DNA of 64,000 nucleotides from Octopus sinensis. Lineage: Eukaryota. The stretch lies in contig NC_042998.1 of the NCBI RefSeq assembly GCF_006345805.1, positions 125,798,001 through 125,862,000 on the forward strand, written 5' to 3'. The notes below the pieces were generated by a model that was not told the DNA's origin, did no database searches, and saw nothing but the letters and a program-made list of their open reading frames with translations. This document shows, one piece after another, positions 39,101 through 56,650 of this stretch. Every line of letters starts with the position of its first letter. Positions within the stretch are counted from its first letter, which is position 1. Both the position numbers and the translations under genes were made by a program.

Positions 39101-39795
39101 CATGCATGTATGTATGTAAAAGTACATATATATATATGTTTGTATATGTGTGCATGTATGCATGTACGTATGTATATATGTGTGTTTATGCATGTACGCA
39201 TGGATGCATGCATGCATGTATGTATGTATGTATGTATGTATGTATGTATGTATGTATGTATGTATGTATGTATATATATATATATATATAATGTATATGT
39301 ATGTATGTATATGTATGCATGCATATATTTATGTATATGGTTGTATATGGAAGTATGTATATGTATATATATGGCTTCATAAAAGCGTGATGATGTCTAT
39401 GCAACAAACTGTGGAATGTTAAAGGGTTACTCCCTCTAAAAATCACTCCAAATACACATATAAACATATAAACACGTATATAGAAATACATACGTGTTTA
39501 CTTATGTATGTGTGCGCGTATATGCATGTATGTATATGTATTATATCTTGGACGTATTCATATATATGCACACAAACACGAATATATATATATATTTTTT
39601 TACTTGTTTCAGTCATTTGACTGCGACCATGCTGGAGCACCGCATTTATATATATATCTGTGTGTGTGTGTGTTTATGTGTGTGTGTGTGTGTGTGTTTC
39701 TATACACATATATACATACATGCATGCACATGCACACGCACGCAAAAATATATAAGGTGCACACACAACCAGGCTTATATATATATATATATATA

Positions 39796-40158
39796 TCTCT
39801 ATATATAAACGGCAGTTTGTCTGTGCGTGTTTCTGTGTGTCTGTTTGCTTGTACCCTCACCCTGACCACGGCTTTCAACCGATTCTGATGAAACTGACAC
39901 ACACATAGCCCAATGTCATAATTCAAAACTAACGCAGCGAAAATTTTGAAAGTTCCCCCAGTTCTGAAAAAAATCGATAAAATCGACATGGGGTCGAGAA
40001 TCAGAAACAAACCACAGACTGTCTAGGGGACGCAACTCAACCTTTTTAACTCAAAAAAATTTACCATCATTTTTTTGCTATTTTTTGGCTATAACTCTCT
40101 AAAATGCTTTATAGTTATTTCCCTTACAAACCTGAGCAACGCCGGGCGATACTGCTAG
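39796..40158 (+). mobile_element. Short non-autonomous Helitron
   Basis: 5' TCTCTATATATAAA; 3' hairpin cctgagcaacgccggg then CTAG; inserted between A and T within (TA)n. Confidence 0.8.
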
Positions 40159-40360
<202 letters not shown>

Positions 40361-40463
40361 AGTGTATGTAAATAGGTACCAGCGTGATAAAGACATTAGC
40401 ATATGATCTGGCTGTAATCTTGATACGTCAAAATACCCTGCACTCAACAAAATAACAGCAATG

Positions 40464-40537
<74 letters not shown>

Positions 40538-41068
40538 TAATAATAATAATAACATCAACAACGGCAATAACAACAACAACAACAACAAGACTGTATTGCT
40601 GTTGCCATGGTTGCAAACAACAGACAATAAACTAACGTATTCCAGGTTTCTAGAATTTTGCTCAAAGAATAATCCCGTTATAGTCGTCGTCATCATCGTC
40701 GTTGTTGTTGCTGGTAGCTTTCGTTTAGCCCTGGGCCAGCACTAATCGAGCAGTCCAATGTAATGCAGACAGTCAGTCAAACGAGGAGGTGCGACAGACG
40801 AGTTCGTATAGTTTTTGCCTTTGGGGTGTTCCATGTCTCAAACTCATTGAGGACAATACTACACACTTTAACATGTAATAATGACTCATAATAATGGAGA
40901 AAGGTAAATTAGTCTATATATATGTTGCACTCTCTCTATTTCTCAGCCAATTTCTGTGCGCCTGTAGATTATGGTGGTAGCCATGATGAAGCGGCAAGAT
41001 GAACTCGGTCAGAACGTAATGGTTATTGTTCCTTTACACTTGTTGATACTGTGTATCCTAGGGAAAGT

Positions 41069-41409
41069 GCATAGCCTAATGACTTAGTGGTTAGAGTGTT
41101 GCAATCACGATCAAGAGATCGTGGTTTCGATTCTCAGACCGACTGTGCGTTGTGTTCTTCAGCAAAATACTCCATTTTACGTTTCCCCAGTTCACTCAGC
41201 TGTAAATAGGCAACCTTGCGACGAAATGGTTTATAAGGGTGAGACGGTGTCTCAGGGAAATCACCCGAACAGAGGTCTCGCAAGCCACGTTTGGTTTTCA
41301 GCGATCGAAAGTATGCATAGTACAACGTATAAAGTGAATCCAACCAGACTGGTTGGGATTGGTTGTTCAACCTCGTTGATGGATGATGATGATGATGATG
41401 ATGATGATG
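41069..41409 (+). mobile_element. tRNA-derived SINE, decayed, with (GAT)n tail
   Basis: gacttagtggttagagtgtt..ggtttcgattctc, head similar to the copies at 22470 and 23292. Confidence 0.7.
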
Positions 41410-41649
41410 TGTACATGGGATACATACTAATGAGATCATTGCAATGGTCTCAATTCTGAGTGTATGTGCTCCTTATGGTGAATAGGAAAGATATTGTTGC
41501 CATTGTGCCCTGGTATTTGTATAGGTTTGGGTGTTTGGAGGTGGTTTTTGTTTTCATATAGTGATAGAGAGTGTGGTGGCTGAAAATTGTCATATTTTGC
41601 AAAATATCCTCTAGGAGGAAGAACTTTGGACAATGTACAGAGCAATGGG

Positions 41650-42010
41650 AAAAAAGATGTCTTTAGTACGTGGATCTTTCGCAGATTAGGCAGAATAAGC
41701 TAGAATGGCAGAGTACCAAACGCAGCAGTACTAGAAAAGTTGAACGTCCAAAGACATCTATTGTCGAGAAAGCTATCATATTTTGAACATATGACGCACC
41801 TAGAGTCATTGCTTGTGACCATCCTGACAGGAATTGTGCAGGAAAAGAGAACAAGAGGCTGCCAAAGGTGTTCATTATACTGATGACATCAAAGAATGGA
41901 TTGCGAACAAGAGATCAGCTGATTGTATGAATGCAGCACAAAACGGAAGGAACTGGAGAATCTTGGCAAGCCGACCTCTGGACACAGGGATGGTATTGGC
42001 TGATGAACAG
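41650..42010 (+). mobile_element. RTE LINE 3' fragment
   Basis: WIFRRLGRIS*NGRVPNAAVLEKL..RKLSYFEH..HYTDDIKEW..RNWRILAS. Confidence 0.65.
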
Positions 42011-42299
42011 GATGTGTGGGGCCTGAAGATTGTAACAACTGTGTCCCTCACATGTCCACGTAGTCTCCTACTTTTCTCCTTTTTGTCCTTTTTGTTTCGT
42101 TATGCCGATGCTCTGCGTACAACTTGCTATGATGCACAGGGTACTGTTTTGTGTTCTTTATAGTTTATTATGGTTTATTGTGGGGAAATCACGGAGCCCT
42201 AGCGGAATTTGTGCAATACGTTATGGATCCACTTTAGTGTTTGTACTCTGTTGTTGTTCCTTTCTGATGACCAAAGAAGTATGTATTACTGCTTTACGC

Positions 42300-43300
42300 A
42301 TCTTTTGATTCCTGTACATTATTCTATGTGCATTATGAATGCTGAGGGGGAGTTGCATGTAATTCCTGGCACACTTTTTCCTTTTCTGTGTGTACAGTAT
42401 GTTTACGTTAAATATGAAGATATTTTATTTGATCAATTACTTGTAGAGTCACAGCATTTCGTTATGCACTCATCACATACTACCAAATATATTAAAGGTT
42501 TCATAAGTCAATACTGTGCCTTACCGTGTTAGCAGTACTGTTAAATCACTTTTTTAAAGATTAATTCTACAGATTTTCTATAGAAATTATTGCCAGCATT
42601 GTAGAAAATCCGTCGAGATAACTTTATTTGATACTTTTGGTGATTGTGTTAATAAAGGAAGCAGTAGGTTTAATAAGTACTACATTAAGTCCATAATAGA
42701 GTTAGATTTTTAAGTGATTTATATAGTATTGGAGTTGTTATAGAATAGTGCTCGGAGAACGGTAGGAGGATGTCTAACGTGTGAAGTCATCAGCGCATTA
42801 AGCTGTCTGTATATTTTGTGGAAATATGTGAAGATCTTGTACCTATAAGTTGAAAAGAGTGAGTGAGGAAATAGATCTTTGTGATACTAAGTTCTAGAAG
42901 TACCGCTCTTGTACACTGTACAGGATTGGCGGCTAGGCAAGTAGTTTGCTGGCCAATTTTATAATATTATTTTTTAAGGTGATGCTAGATGGAGACGAAA
43001 GCTCTGCTAATGCCGATCGTAGTTAAATGGTGTATGTGGAAGTTTTGTTATTAAAACCATCATGTATCCGTGTAATATGAGGGTTAAGAGCAGTTTTGTA
43101 AATCTGTGTTGCGATTTGAACAGGACGGGTGTATTGGTTACGGATATCAAGAACCAGCCTTCCTACAATTTTTGAGAGAATGCATTGGACGGTGTTGGGG
43201 CTGTATGACGTTACTTTGCTCAGGTTTATTTTTGGTTCAGAATTGTTATAATATTTCTCAACTTCCAGATTCTGGGAATTTAACAGAGTTCGTATGAGAA
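42300..43300 (-). mobile_element. Highly decayed CR1/L2-like RT remnant
   Basis: Fragmentary motifs (..SLTLFNL*VQDL..CADDFT) with many stops. Confidence 0.4.
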
Positions 43301-43549
43301 GTTGATGTGATGATATTAAGTTATTTCTTTTCCATCTGTATTATTTGAAAATTGCAAAGTGTTGAGTGTATGGAAGTCTCTTGCAATGATAATGCTTGTG
43401 AAAGTATCAGTGTTGAAGCTGGAATGGTTGGTGAGTTTGGGTTTAGTACATATAATTATAAATACACCCACACCCACACAGACCTACACACACACGCACA
43501 CACATATACATACATATCTATCTATCTTTTTTTCTCTCTCTCTCTCTCT

Positions 43550-43950
43550 GGCTGTGTTGTAAGTAGCTTGCTTACCATCCACACGGTTCCAGGTTCAGTC
43601 CTACTGCGTGGCACCTTAAAGAAGTGTCTTCTACTATAGCCTCGGGTCGACCAAAGCCTTGTGTGTAGATTTGGTAGACGGAAACTGAAAGAAGCCCGTC
43701 GTGTATATGTATATGTATATATGTATGTGTGTGTATATATGTTTGTGTGTCTGTGTTTGTCCCCCCCCCAACATAGCTTGACGACCGATAGTGGTGTGTT
43801 TACGTCCCCGTAACTTAGCGGTTCGGCATAAGAGACCGATAGAATAAGTACTAGGCTTACAAAGAATAAGTCCTGGGGTCGATTTACTCGACTAAAGGCG
43901 GTGCTCCAGCATGGCTGTAGTCAAATTACTGAAACAAGTAAAAGAGTAGA
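43550..43950 (+). mobile_element. SINE family A copy
   Basis: Collinear with 3391-3808 in reverse orientation. Confidence 0.88.
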
Positions 43951-44439
43951 TGAGACGGAGAGAATCGCAATATGGAAAACACTTAGTAGCTCTCAAATGA
44001 TTTGAACTTATCTGGGTAAAGTGTGGCTGTAAGGGGAATCCAAGTGAACAGATATGGAGACAAGGATTCACATGAACAGATAAAGACCTTGGGTTTAATG
44101 TACAAAGTATGTATACATGTATACATGTAAAAAGCGAAGGGAGGATTAAAATTTTCAGATGATTAACAATCAAGTATAAATATACATATTTTTAATAAAG
44201 CAAACTTATTCAGATTATAAAGACTCAAAAAATTAGAAGGGAGAAGATAAGTCATTACAAGTCCGACAACTGTTTCTAGGGGCACGGAGTTACTTCATAA
44301 TGTTGGCAGATGTAGTTCAAAAATTTGCAGTCAGTAATGGGAAGCAAATAAACATTGTTAAAATCCAGAGCTTCTTTCATCAGGGTAGATAGATGAGACT
44401 CTTATCTCTAAAAGAGTACCTCATTTCTTCCAATATATA

Positions 44440-45000
44440 TATATATAAACTTAGATAAAACTTAGATATGTTTCAACTAAAGATTGGTCCAGGCCATGTC
44501 TAACTTAATAGCACCACCTGATAGGATTATCTAAATCCTTTTTAAGTCAAGTTTTGTTTATGGTCCATTCAAGTAGTGAGTTCTTGTTGAGTGAGTTTTA
44601 TCCAGGTATGGGTGGCTTATCTGGTATTCCTTGAAGAAATTTGTCCAGACTCCGTTTAAAGGTGATGCGATCCTTTTTCTCTTTAATCAGTTTTGGGACG
44701 ATGTTAAACAGGGCAGGGCCTATTTATATACATATTCATGTACTTCTTGTGCTGGTTTATAATTTAAAAGCTTGCATTTCTGTTATTATATCGTTTGCAT
44801 TTAGTTTATGAATATAATTTTGGGTGTCCAGATACTGAATACAAGTTTTGTGCATGTTGTAAATGTATATTTCGTGTATGGCCAGTTCCGTTGTGAAAAT
44901 GTCAGTCTATCCTGATTTGAGTATAATTTTGAATACTGAGAATATTGTTTTCTACTAGTATGAACGCTTCCTGAATTATCGCAGCATGAACGTCGTGAGT
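44440..45000 (-). mobile_element. CR1-like LINE 3' remnant
   Basis: Minus-strand frame ..GPALFNIVPKLIK..ITFKRSLDKFLQGIPDKPPIPG.. Confidence 0.6.
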
Positions 45001-45329
45001 GATTATAAAATATTTTATTTCCATAAAAGTGATTTTTATGATATTGATGTATTATAGAACTTTTAGATTATTTACATATTTTGATTTGCGTGAGGAAGCG
45101 CTTAACAGTATTTTTGTGCAAAACTGTGACATCGGAAAGGGAGATAACAAGAGCACTTCCTGTTTTTATTGTTGGTATTACTGTTGTTGTTAATGATGAT
45201 GTGCTTATTGTAGTTGTGGTGGTAGTAAATGTCAGGCCGATGTTGTTGTCGTTTAAGCCCAGATCAGGGCTGATTAATCAGACCATTAATCAAAGGCATT
45301 CCAAAATTGAAAATTCTAATTCCTAGGTA

Positions 45330-46560
45330 CAATATATCTGCAACCAAATTAGCCAAAGCGTTAATATCTATAACCGTAAAGTGTGTTCTGGCTTTGATTT
45401 CCAGCTACAAGGCACAACTAAATCGAGCTACAGACGGACTTTCGTATAAATTTTAATATGCAGATTAATTGTTCTGCTTGTTTAATTCTTTCTCCAAATT
45501 TCGAACAAAACGATCCATTATATGCAACCGCAATCCTCCTCTTCTTCAAGTAATAGGTTTTTATTGATTCTTCCTTTATATTGCAATTAGACAGACTGGC
45601 ACAACATATATTCATCATTTTTGTATTTGAACAGTTAAAAATCATACTCAACTTGCTCTTATTGATTAACCAATGTTAGTTACATTTCCTTCTGTTCTTG
45701 AAATCATTATTAGGACGTCATTATAATCTAGATCTGCTAACATTTTGTTATTTCGGCCATTGTATTCCTTAAACTCTTCCTGCAAAACTTTTCCTTCCCA
45801 TAATCAATCACAAAGAAGACATGTCTTCCCGAATCACTCCAACTTAACTTCAGAGGGTTACCTGAGAGTTAAATTCATCAAGATTCCTTCTTGAATGCTT
45901 GAAATCATGTCAGTATATTCTTGAGGAATGTCATAACTTTTCATTGCCTTTGATGATGCATGTTGCGTTATGCTTTCAAAAGGTGTCTAGAAATCAACAA
46001 AGCATATTCTTAGGGGCATCTTCATTTCATTTGCTTGTTGTATAATAATTGTAAAGATTTGGACATCACATTTTCTACCCACTTCTGAAAGTTGCTTAAT
46101 CCTTTTTCAAGAATTTGTTTTACTTAAAATGGCTCTATAAACTCTGCAAAATGCTTTCATGACTATAAGTAACACAGTAATACTTCACCGGTTCCTAAGT
46201 TCATGCAAGTCTCTCTTAAAATATTTTAACTATAACTTAGTTTCTCCTATCTTGTGGTAATTTAATTTGTTTTCCAGATGCAATAAAGCAAACTTGACGG
46301 CAAAGTTGATATTTAATTCATTCAGCTTTTACCGTCTTAGATGTAATTCTGTCTACATCTGGTGCTTTCGATCCTCTAACTGCTTAATTGCTTTTGGGAT
46401 CTCATCAAGTGTAATTTCCCTAATTTCAATGCCTAGATTCCATTTAACTGGGGGATTATTTTCTTAACTCTACGGAACTTGTGTGTTAAATACTGCTTCA
46501 GTATGTACCCTATTCTTTATTTCAGCAACTTCCTTGTGTATCTCTAATTGGGATTTCTTT
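45330..46560 (-). mobile_element. Decayed RTE-like RT remnant
   Basis: ..MPLRICFVDF*TPFESI..YDIPQEYTDMI.. Confidence 0.5.
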
Positions 46561-46675
46561 TTTCGTCGTTATGTAGTTTTTTGAATTGATTGATAAGTTA
46601 ATCTGTGTGTGTGTGTGTGTATGTGTGTGTGTGTGTGTGTGTGTGCGTGTGTGTGCGTGCGCGCGTGTGTCAATC

Positions 46676-46956
46676 AATGAAATTCCAACTAAGTTTGATT
46701 TTAACGTTTAATTATTTGCAATTTTTACAATTTTACAGTATTTAAATAACTAGTACTTTCATGCGTTACGCAGTCATCGGGTTTATGTAGTGACAGTCGT
46801 CACAATTGACTCAGTCGTCACTTGTGGAACACGACTGTTGCTACAAAAACCTGACGATTGCGTAACGCATGAAAGTACTACTTTATTTCAATATTGTAAA
46901 ATTGTAAAAATTGCAAATAATAAAACGTGAAAAGCAGACTTAGTTGGAATTTCATT
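46676..46956. mobile_element. Palindromic MITE (arms of about 125 bp, loop of about 30 nt)
   Basis: aatgaaattccaactaagt...gtactttcatgcgttacgca is mirrored by tgcgtaacgcatgaaagtac...acttagttggaatttcatt. Confidence 0.85.
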
Positions 46957-47257
46957 AATATATATATTATATACTTGACCAATATTTTTCAAGCAATAAA
47001 CAATTTTCATCAAATCAATGATAAATATGGAACTTATTGCAAAGCTTGTTGTTGTTTTGTTGTTGATGATGATGATAACAAAAGTGATGGTAATGCGATA
47101 GTTATGAGGGTTATAGCAATGGCTATTGCGACGATGTCAATAATGGTGTAGTAGTGGTAACGGCGGTAATGATATTGCTGTTAATGGTGACGATAGAGGT
47201 GGCGGTGACGATCGTCGTAGTCGTCATCACCACCATCACCACCGCTATCATTAACAG

Positions 47258-47288
<31 letters not shown>

Positions 47289-47706
47289 GTCATCATCATC
47301 ATCATCGTATTTCCTTAGCTGGAAGAGTCCGAGAGTGATCTGTCGTTCAGTCAACTTGTGAAAAAGAAGTCAGCGTAAATAATATGACCTACAGTTAGTG
47401 TCACGAGTGCGTGTGTATGGGTTTTATTTACATGTTTACAAGTACATGTGTGTGTGTGTGTGTGTTTTATAGGTGGGCATGTGTTCGTTTCTACATTCAC
47501 AAGAGAAATTGTATTTAAGATTGGGTTGAAGCGAGAGCGAATGATTGGCCCAAAGAAAAGGCAAGGAACTTTACATACATACATACATACATATACATAC
47601 ATACATACATGCATATATATGCGTATGTGTGTATGTGTGTGTGTGTGCGAGAGAGAGAGAGAGAGAGAGAGAGAGTGTGTGTATGCATGTGCGTATGTGT
47701 ATACAA

Positions 47707-47748
<42 letters not shown>

Positions 47749-48475
47749 TATTATACACACACATACACACACATATATATAAATACCTATATGTGTGTGT
47801 ATATATATTGTACACATATATACATGTATGTATGCATGCATGCATGTATGTATGCATGTATGTATGTATGTAAATGTACGTACGTATGTATATACATATA
47901 CGCATATATATATGTGTATGTATGCTTAAAGAGGGGAAAAGGGAATGAGGGAAAGAGAAAGGGGGCGAAAGAGTTGAAAACAAATACAAAAAGAATGGTA
48001 GCAAGTGTTAGTGTGTGTATGCGCGCGCGCGTGCGCGTGTGTGTGTGTGTTTGAGATGAAATAAAAAAAAATGGAAGGCGTTATTGAGAATGAGTGGTAC
48101 GAAGAAAAAAAAAAGCTTGGTAAGAACTTGTAAACAGAAAATATGCGTCTATGCTTGCTTATATAAGCGAATGCGTCTGTATATGTATATGCGTATTCTT
48201 GTACACTGGTATGTGGCTGTAAATGTGCGTGTATGTGTGTATGTGTGTATGTATGTATGTGTGTATGTGCGTTTGTGAAGGCAAAAGAAGAAGGGCGAGA
48301 GAGAAAAGGCAAGAGAGAGAAATTGGCAGTATTATCTATAACATTCCTTAGAGACGGTGAAATGGTAATGTTTATATAACAAGAATCTGTGAAAGTGCGA
48401 AGCAGCTATTTCCTCATATTGGCATTTAATGGGGGTAGTGTTCCGTTTATACATATTAGCGTGTACGTGCGCATA

Positions 48476-48598
<123 letters not shown>

Positions 48599-48697
48599 TG
48601 TATGTATGTATGTATGTGTGTGTATGTATATATATATACACACACAAACATACATATATACAACATACACACAGACACACATGATCACATTATCAAG

Positions 48698-48742
<45 letters not shown>

Positions 48743-48874
48743 GGACACACACGCACACATACACACACACACACACGTTTATATATAGTGATACATACAT
48801 AGTCACGCATAGCGTCTTATACATATGACATGCACAAACATATATACACATATTTATGGTAAGAGCTATACATA

Positions 48875-48906
<32 letters not shown>

Positions 48907-49024
48907 TCATCATCATCAATCATCAATCATCAATCATCATCATCAATCATCATCATCAATCATCAATCATCATCATCATCATCATCATCATCAATCATCA
49001 ATCATCATCATCATCATCATCATC

Positions 49025-49091
<67 letters not shown>

Positions 49092-49199
49092 TATCATTAG
49101 TAATTTGTTGAGTCAGCTAAAATGTCCTCGTTAAGGTGATCAGGTGGTCGTGTTCAGAGAGAACACAAGCCTGCAGCATTATATGATTTACTATTTTTG

Positions 49200-50800
49200 T
49201 GGAGTGGAGCTGCTGATAGAGGGGTATCTTCGAAATATTGAGGTCGGGGGTCAATAGTCGGGCCGTGAGGGTTTTACATATTTAGAGTGTGTACATGAGA
49301 ACGTACAAGTACATAGCTCCATTTTTCGATTCACAGTCTCTGTGTTGTCCATGTTGTCTTCTATTATTTGATCCCTTCTTGATTAGGCTTGATTGAATAG
49401 TTTTATCTTGCACAAGTAATTCTTCTAAGAAATTAACTTCGATTTGTGGTCCGTTAACACGAAACTCCACTTGGGCGTACCACTTCTCTGGTCGAGTCAA
49501 GAAGAGAACTTCTACATTGTAGCCTGTTCTGTTAGAAATAACAGCCAAGAAATGCCCATATTTGTGCTACGGCAAATGCTAGCAATTCTGCATTGGACAG
49601 AGTCCTAAGTCATATGTTCTTAACTCAATGTATGTTCAAATCTTTTCTCTGTATTCAAACCTCTTTCGATTCACATGGCTATCAATATACTTAAACAGAT
49701 TCCAATTGTAATAAACCTACCCGTTGATTAGAATAGATGTGAACACGTCTGACATATACAAATAGAAAGTTGTGAGACATACCATCCTGTCCAAGTAAGC
49801 TTCCGCTTGGCATTCAGTGACGGTCGTGACGCTGTTAAAGCCAGATAAAGGATGTAAATTCACCGCCATCGGTTCATCCATTTATCCAAACACTGCTGAT
49901 AAATCAGCTCAGTATCTGTCACTGTGCCCGAGTCTAGCAGGGACTATATACTTGTTTTGTTGCGCGGAGTTTCACCGTAGCACAAACCAGCAGACAGCTT
50001 TAGATTTCTCGTTTTGTAGCAAATATATTTTAACTGTAACGACAGTTTGGTGAAAAAGCTCCCTGGAGCCATTTTTACCACTTCTACTTCAATTTTATTA
50101 CTCCTCCACCACTCTGTCCTCTAACACCAAGACTTTGACAAACATCATCCCAATTCTATTTTAAGCTTTCTTTTCTAGACACAGCTCCAAAAACTTTTTA
50201 AGCAGACGATGAACAGGAAAGATGCGTCTAGATTCCAGAAATGCGTAGGATACCACACAAATTATGTTAAGTATTGAGCTACAAGCACAAACTTTTCAGA
50301 TGAATAAGCAGGCCTTTGCTCACTACCATACCACTTTCACACCGATACGATTGATACTCCTTTCGTCTTTTCTTTTACTATGAATGCCTCGGTTCCTTAT
50401 CTTCTGAACTATCAAGCTGCCCCTCACTGTAAAGCCCGCTTCATGCACTTCTCCTCTATCAGGCTATCCTGTCTCTCATTCATAAACCCCCTCACTAGCC
50501 TCTTCGACAAAAGCATTACCCAAGAGCTATAGTCCTATCGAAATCCACTCTTGATCACAGTTTCCCTATTCAGTAGACATAAACTTTCAGAAATTTAAGG
50601 TGTATGCATTATCCTCTTTCTGTGCTGACTTCATAATGCTGGCGTAATTTCAAGAGTGCAATTCTGGATAGTCAGGACTAATATGATGGTTCTTTATGCA
50701 TACGCAACCTTGCGCATTAACTGAGCGGTTATCGGTTTATGTAAAGAACTTGGTGAAGGCATTGACCTTTGGTATTTCTAGGGTTGTATATGGCGTGTCC
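49200..50800 (-). mobile_element. Possible very old L1/Tx1-like ORF2 remnant
   Basis: Only weak peptide resemblance across many stops. Confidence 0.25.
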
Positions 50801-51036
50801 CGAATTTCCCTATGTGGTTAGCCCCCCCCCCCTATCAGGATACCTTCGTTGGTTTTATTTTATTCAGTATTATCAGTTTTATTATTTATCACCTATCTGT
50901 TATCTTTATTGTTATTAACCTCATCTTGTTACTCATTAAAAATACCCCACTGTTTCTTGTTGCTTTTTCTATACGCTTCGTTTTGTACTGTTGTCAATAA
51001 AATAGATTCGTGGCCAATAAAGAAATAATAATTATA

Positions 51037-51099
<63 letters not shown>

Positions 51100-51132
51100 T
51101 AATAATAATAATGATAATAATAATGATAATAA

Positions 51133-51238
51133 TTTGTCAAGACCTACGAAAAACCGAACAAATATAAAGACCATGAAACAGAAATTGGCAAAATGTGGAA
51201 CCTCAAAACTAAAACAATACCTGTTGTCATAGGTGCCC
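51133..51238 (+). mobile_element. RLE LINE C-terminal fragment after (AAT)n
   Basis: KYKDHETEIGKMWNLKTKTIPVVIGA. Confidence 0.75.
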
Positions 51239-51589
51239 AAAAAAAAATGGAAGAAATGCAAAAACTAGTGCTCGTGGGAATTTGTCAAAAGTACTTTTAA
51301 ATGTATATAATAGCAAACACCTTTTACTGTCATTTTAAGATCACATTATCATTTTATTACCAAATTACTTTTAAAACAAACTTCTGATTTTCTTATGTTT
51401 CACAGACATTGTCTAGAACAATACTTTGTGCAAAACAAAAAATATGACACCCTAATCATAATACCAACTTGAACTTCTAACGTGTTGTCTTTCAGGTCTC
51501 TGAGTGAAACTTGGAGTCAACTTGTACAAATACAAAGCAAAAGCAAAGCATATGATAATAATAATAAGCATATGATAATAATAATAAGC

Positions 51590-51654
<65 letters not shown>

Positions 51655-51676
51655 TAATAATAATAATAATAATAAT

Positions 51677-54156
<2,480 letters not shown>

Positions 54157-54834
54157 TAATAACAGCAAATATTCTGCTCAATACCACAGATTTGCTTGTC
54201 AGTTGTTTGACCTTAACCAGTTGAGCATGTCCCTTAGTGGCTGACGATATGTGCATCTCTGATCACGAGCAGAAGTAGTGAGGGAGCATCATAGCCATGT
54301 GTTGAGAGGGATTCTTTGGGGTTTGAATAATTCACCTCTGGAAACATGGGTGGTTCTTTCAACATCCTTAAACAACCCTTATTCAGGGACATTTTGAGCG
54401 GGATGGGCTACTCAACCTGAAGAAAATTCTAACTAGGCCCCACCTGCAAGGTCATGTGCTGTTTATCTTGATATTAATTCAAATTTTTAAACCTTGTAAA
54501 GAATCATTCTCCTTTGCAATGATGACAATTTCAAACCCAAATAACGGCATGAACGGGAAGATTCACCTAGATGTCAAAGACACCAGACTTCCCGCAACCG
54601 GCAGGGGCCCCTCAGAGAGCAATGGAGTGGAAGACCAGACTCCACCCAGTAGTAGTCCTTTTACTTGTTAAAATATGCAACGTTCTCACAAACACAACTG
54701 GTCTGTTGATATGAACAAAAAAAAACAATAAAGTGCCATCAACAAGCTTTGCTAGACAAGAATAATGGCAAACGTAAAGTTGTCGGAAAAGGATCATAAG
54801 AACTTTGGAACCAGTTGGGTATGCTCCAGATTGC

Positions 54835-55692
54835 AGGTAGTGCATGAAGACAGTCGGGATTTCTCATACAAGATGAGAAAGGGCCAATTTTTATTCCAAG
54901 CCATCAAGGATAAGAGGAAAAACCACGCTGCGAAGCTTTTGAACAAACTGGAACATTCCCTCCCACCGAACATGCTTTGGTTTTTTTCAGACAAGAAAAA
55001 ATTCTGTCAGGATCAGATGGTGAACACAGAAAACACCTGTTAGTTTGCAGTGCCTCCAAAACATGTACTGAGAGTGATAAAAATTAAGCATCAAGTCAAC
55101 ATCATGGTGTTTGGAGTGATCACTAGTGATGGCGGTATTATACCTCCATTCATCTTTCCACACGGCCCCGCATTCAACATGGAGGTCTACATCAAGTGCC
55201 TGATGGAGGTAGTGCTGCCCTGAGTCAAGAGAGTGGCTGCTGGAAGACCCTATGTCTGGCAACAGGATCCTGCACCATGCCACACAAGCAGGAGAACCCA
55301 GTGATGGCTGTTAGACATTTTCTGTAATCACATTACCCTTAACATCTGGCCATCTAACCCCCCAGACTGCAGCCCCCTTGATTATTATGTGCGGGGCGCA
55401 GTTGGACAAGAGACCGACAAAACTCCTTGTAACACCAAAGATTAACTGAAGGCAGAGAATATAGCAGCATTCACTATCTTAAACAAGGAGACCGTCCGGA
55501 AACGTTGCAGGAGGTTCCGAAGTATTCTGGAGGCCGTGGTTGAAGCCAATAGCGATTTTATGGAATAAAATTTATTCTTTAGTATTTCAAAATATTTGTG
55601 TGTAAATTTGCTAAATATATCTGTTAAAATTAGATGTCAATGTTATTTTCATTTTTGCGTAATTCAGACGACAATTTACCCATCGCATCCTG
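54835..55692 (+). mobile_element. 5'-truncated Tc1/mariner DD37D (maT-type) transposon
   Basis: WFFSDKKKF, MVFGVITSDG and QQDPAPCHTS-(37 aa)-PLDYY; right end ..catcgcatcctg|TA. Confidence 0.88.
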
Positions 55693-55787
55693 TATATGTA
55701 TGTATGTGTGTATGTATGTATGTATGTATGTATGTATGTATGTATGTAGTATGTATGTATGTATGTATGTATGTATGTATGTATGTA

Positions 55788-55857
<70 letters not shown>

Positions 55858-56177
55858 CAAGGGTGTGAGAAATAGCGTGTAGATTTGTTCCGGTTTCGAG
55901 AGAAGGCTTTCTTTTTATTTTTCCTCTCGTATGTCCGAAAAAGAAAGGAAAGAAGCAAAGAAAAATGCAGAAACAGCGAAACTGAGGAAATGTAACGAGA
56001 TACGTTTTCTTTTTTTTTTTTTTTTTGTTCTTTCTTTAAAGATAATAATTCCAGACATGAGTGAAGACATAATACAAGCCAACCAAAAAATATTTTTCTC
56101 CTATCGTTTATGCTGAGACAGTATCTGTTTAAATATATTTCACGCCTTCTTACACAGGGAAAATATGTATATTTCAT

Positions 56178-56650
56178 GAAGTTGTTGTTGTTATTGTTGC
56201 TGTTTAGCCCAGCTCAGTCCTGTTCGCTCAGATTTATGATCAAAAGCACTCCAGCCGTGGCTATCCTGTTTTTTTGTTTGTTTGTTTTTTTGAGGTGTTG
56301 AAGATTACATTACCTACGTTATCCTTCTATTCAAATGGAGGAGTGTTATTTGAGACAGCTTTAATTGCTTTATTAGCTGTTGGTTAGATTAAAACGGAGT
56401 AGGTTTGAACCTTTTCGAGATTGTAAGAAGACTTGAAACAAAACATAATTCCGTTACAACGAAGAAACTACACACGATCGCTCGCTTGACATGCTGAAAA
56501 TAGCAGCCAAATATCCTTCAAATCTTCCCGTACCATTTTAATTAAAGAGGTATTGGATAAGATAGTTCTAGAGATCTTTAAAAGACGGAAACGTCACTGC
56601 TGGAGTGCCTTTTGCAATAGGTCTGTTGACCTGAGACTGAACAACGACAA
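56178..56650. mobile_element. Two inverted copies of an old dispersed repeat of about 200 bp with an (AAC)n tail
   Basis: Shared motifs gaaaatagcagccaaat and tttagccc..tatgatcaaa. Other copies at about 30240-30420, 30561-30790, 56990-57185 and 57340-57545. Confidence 0.55.
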
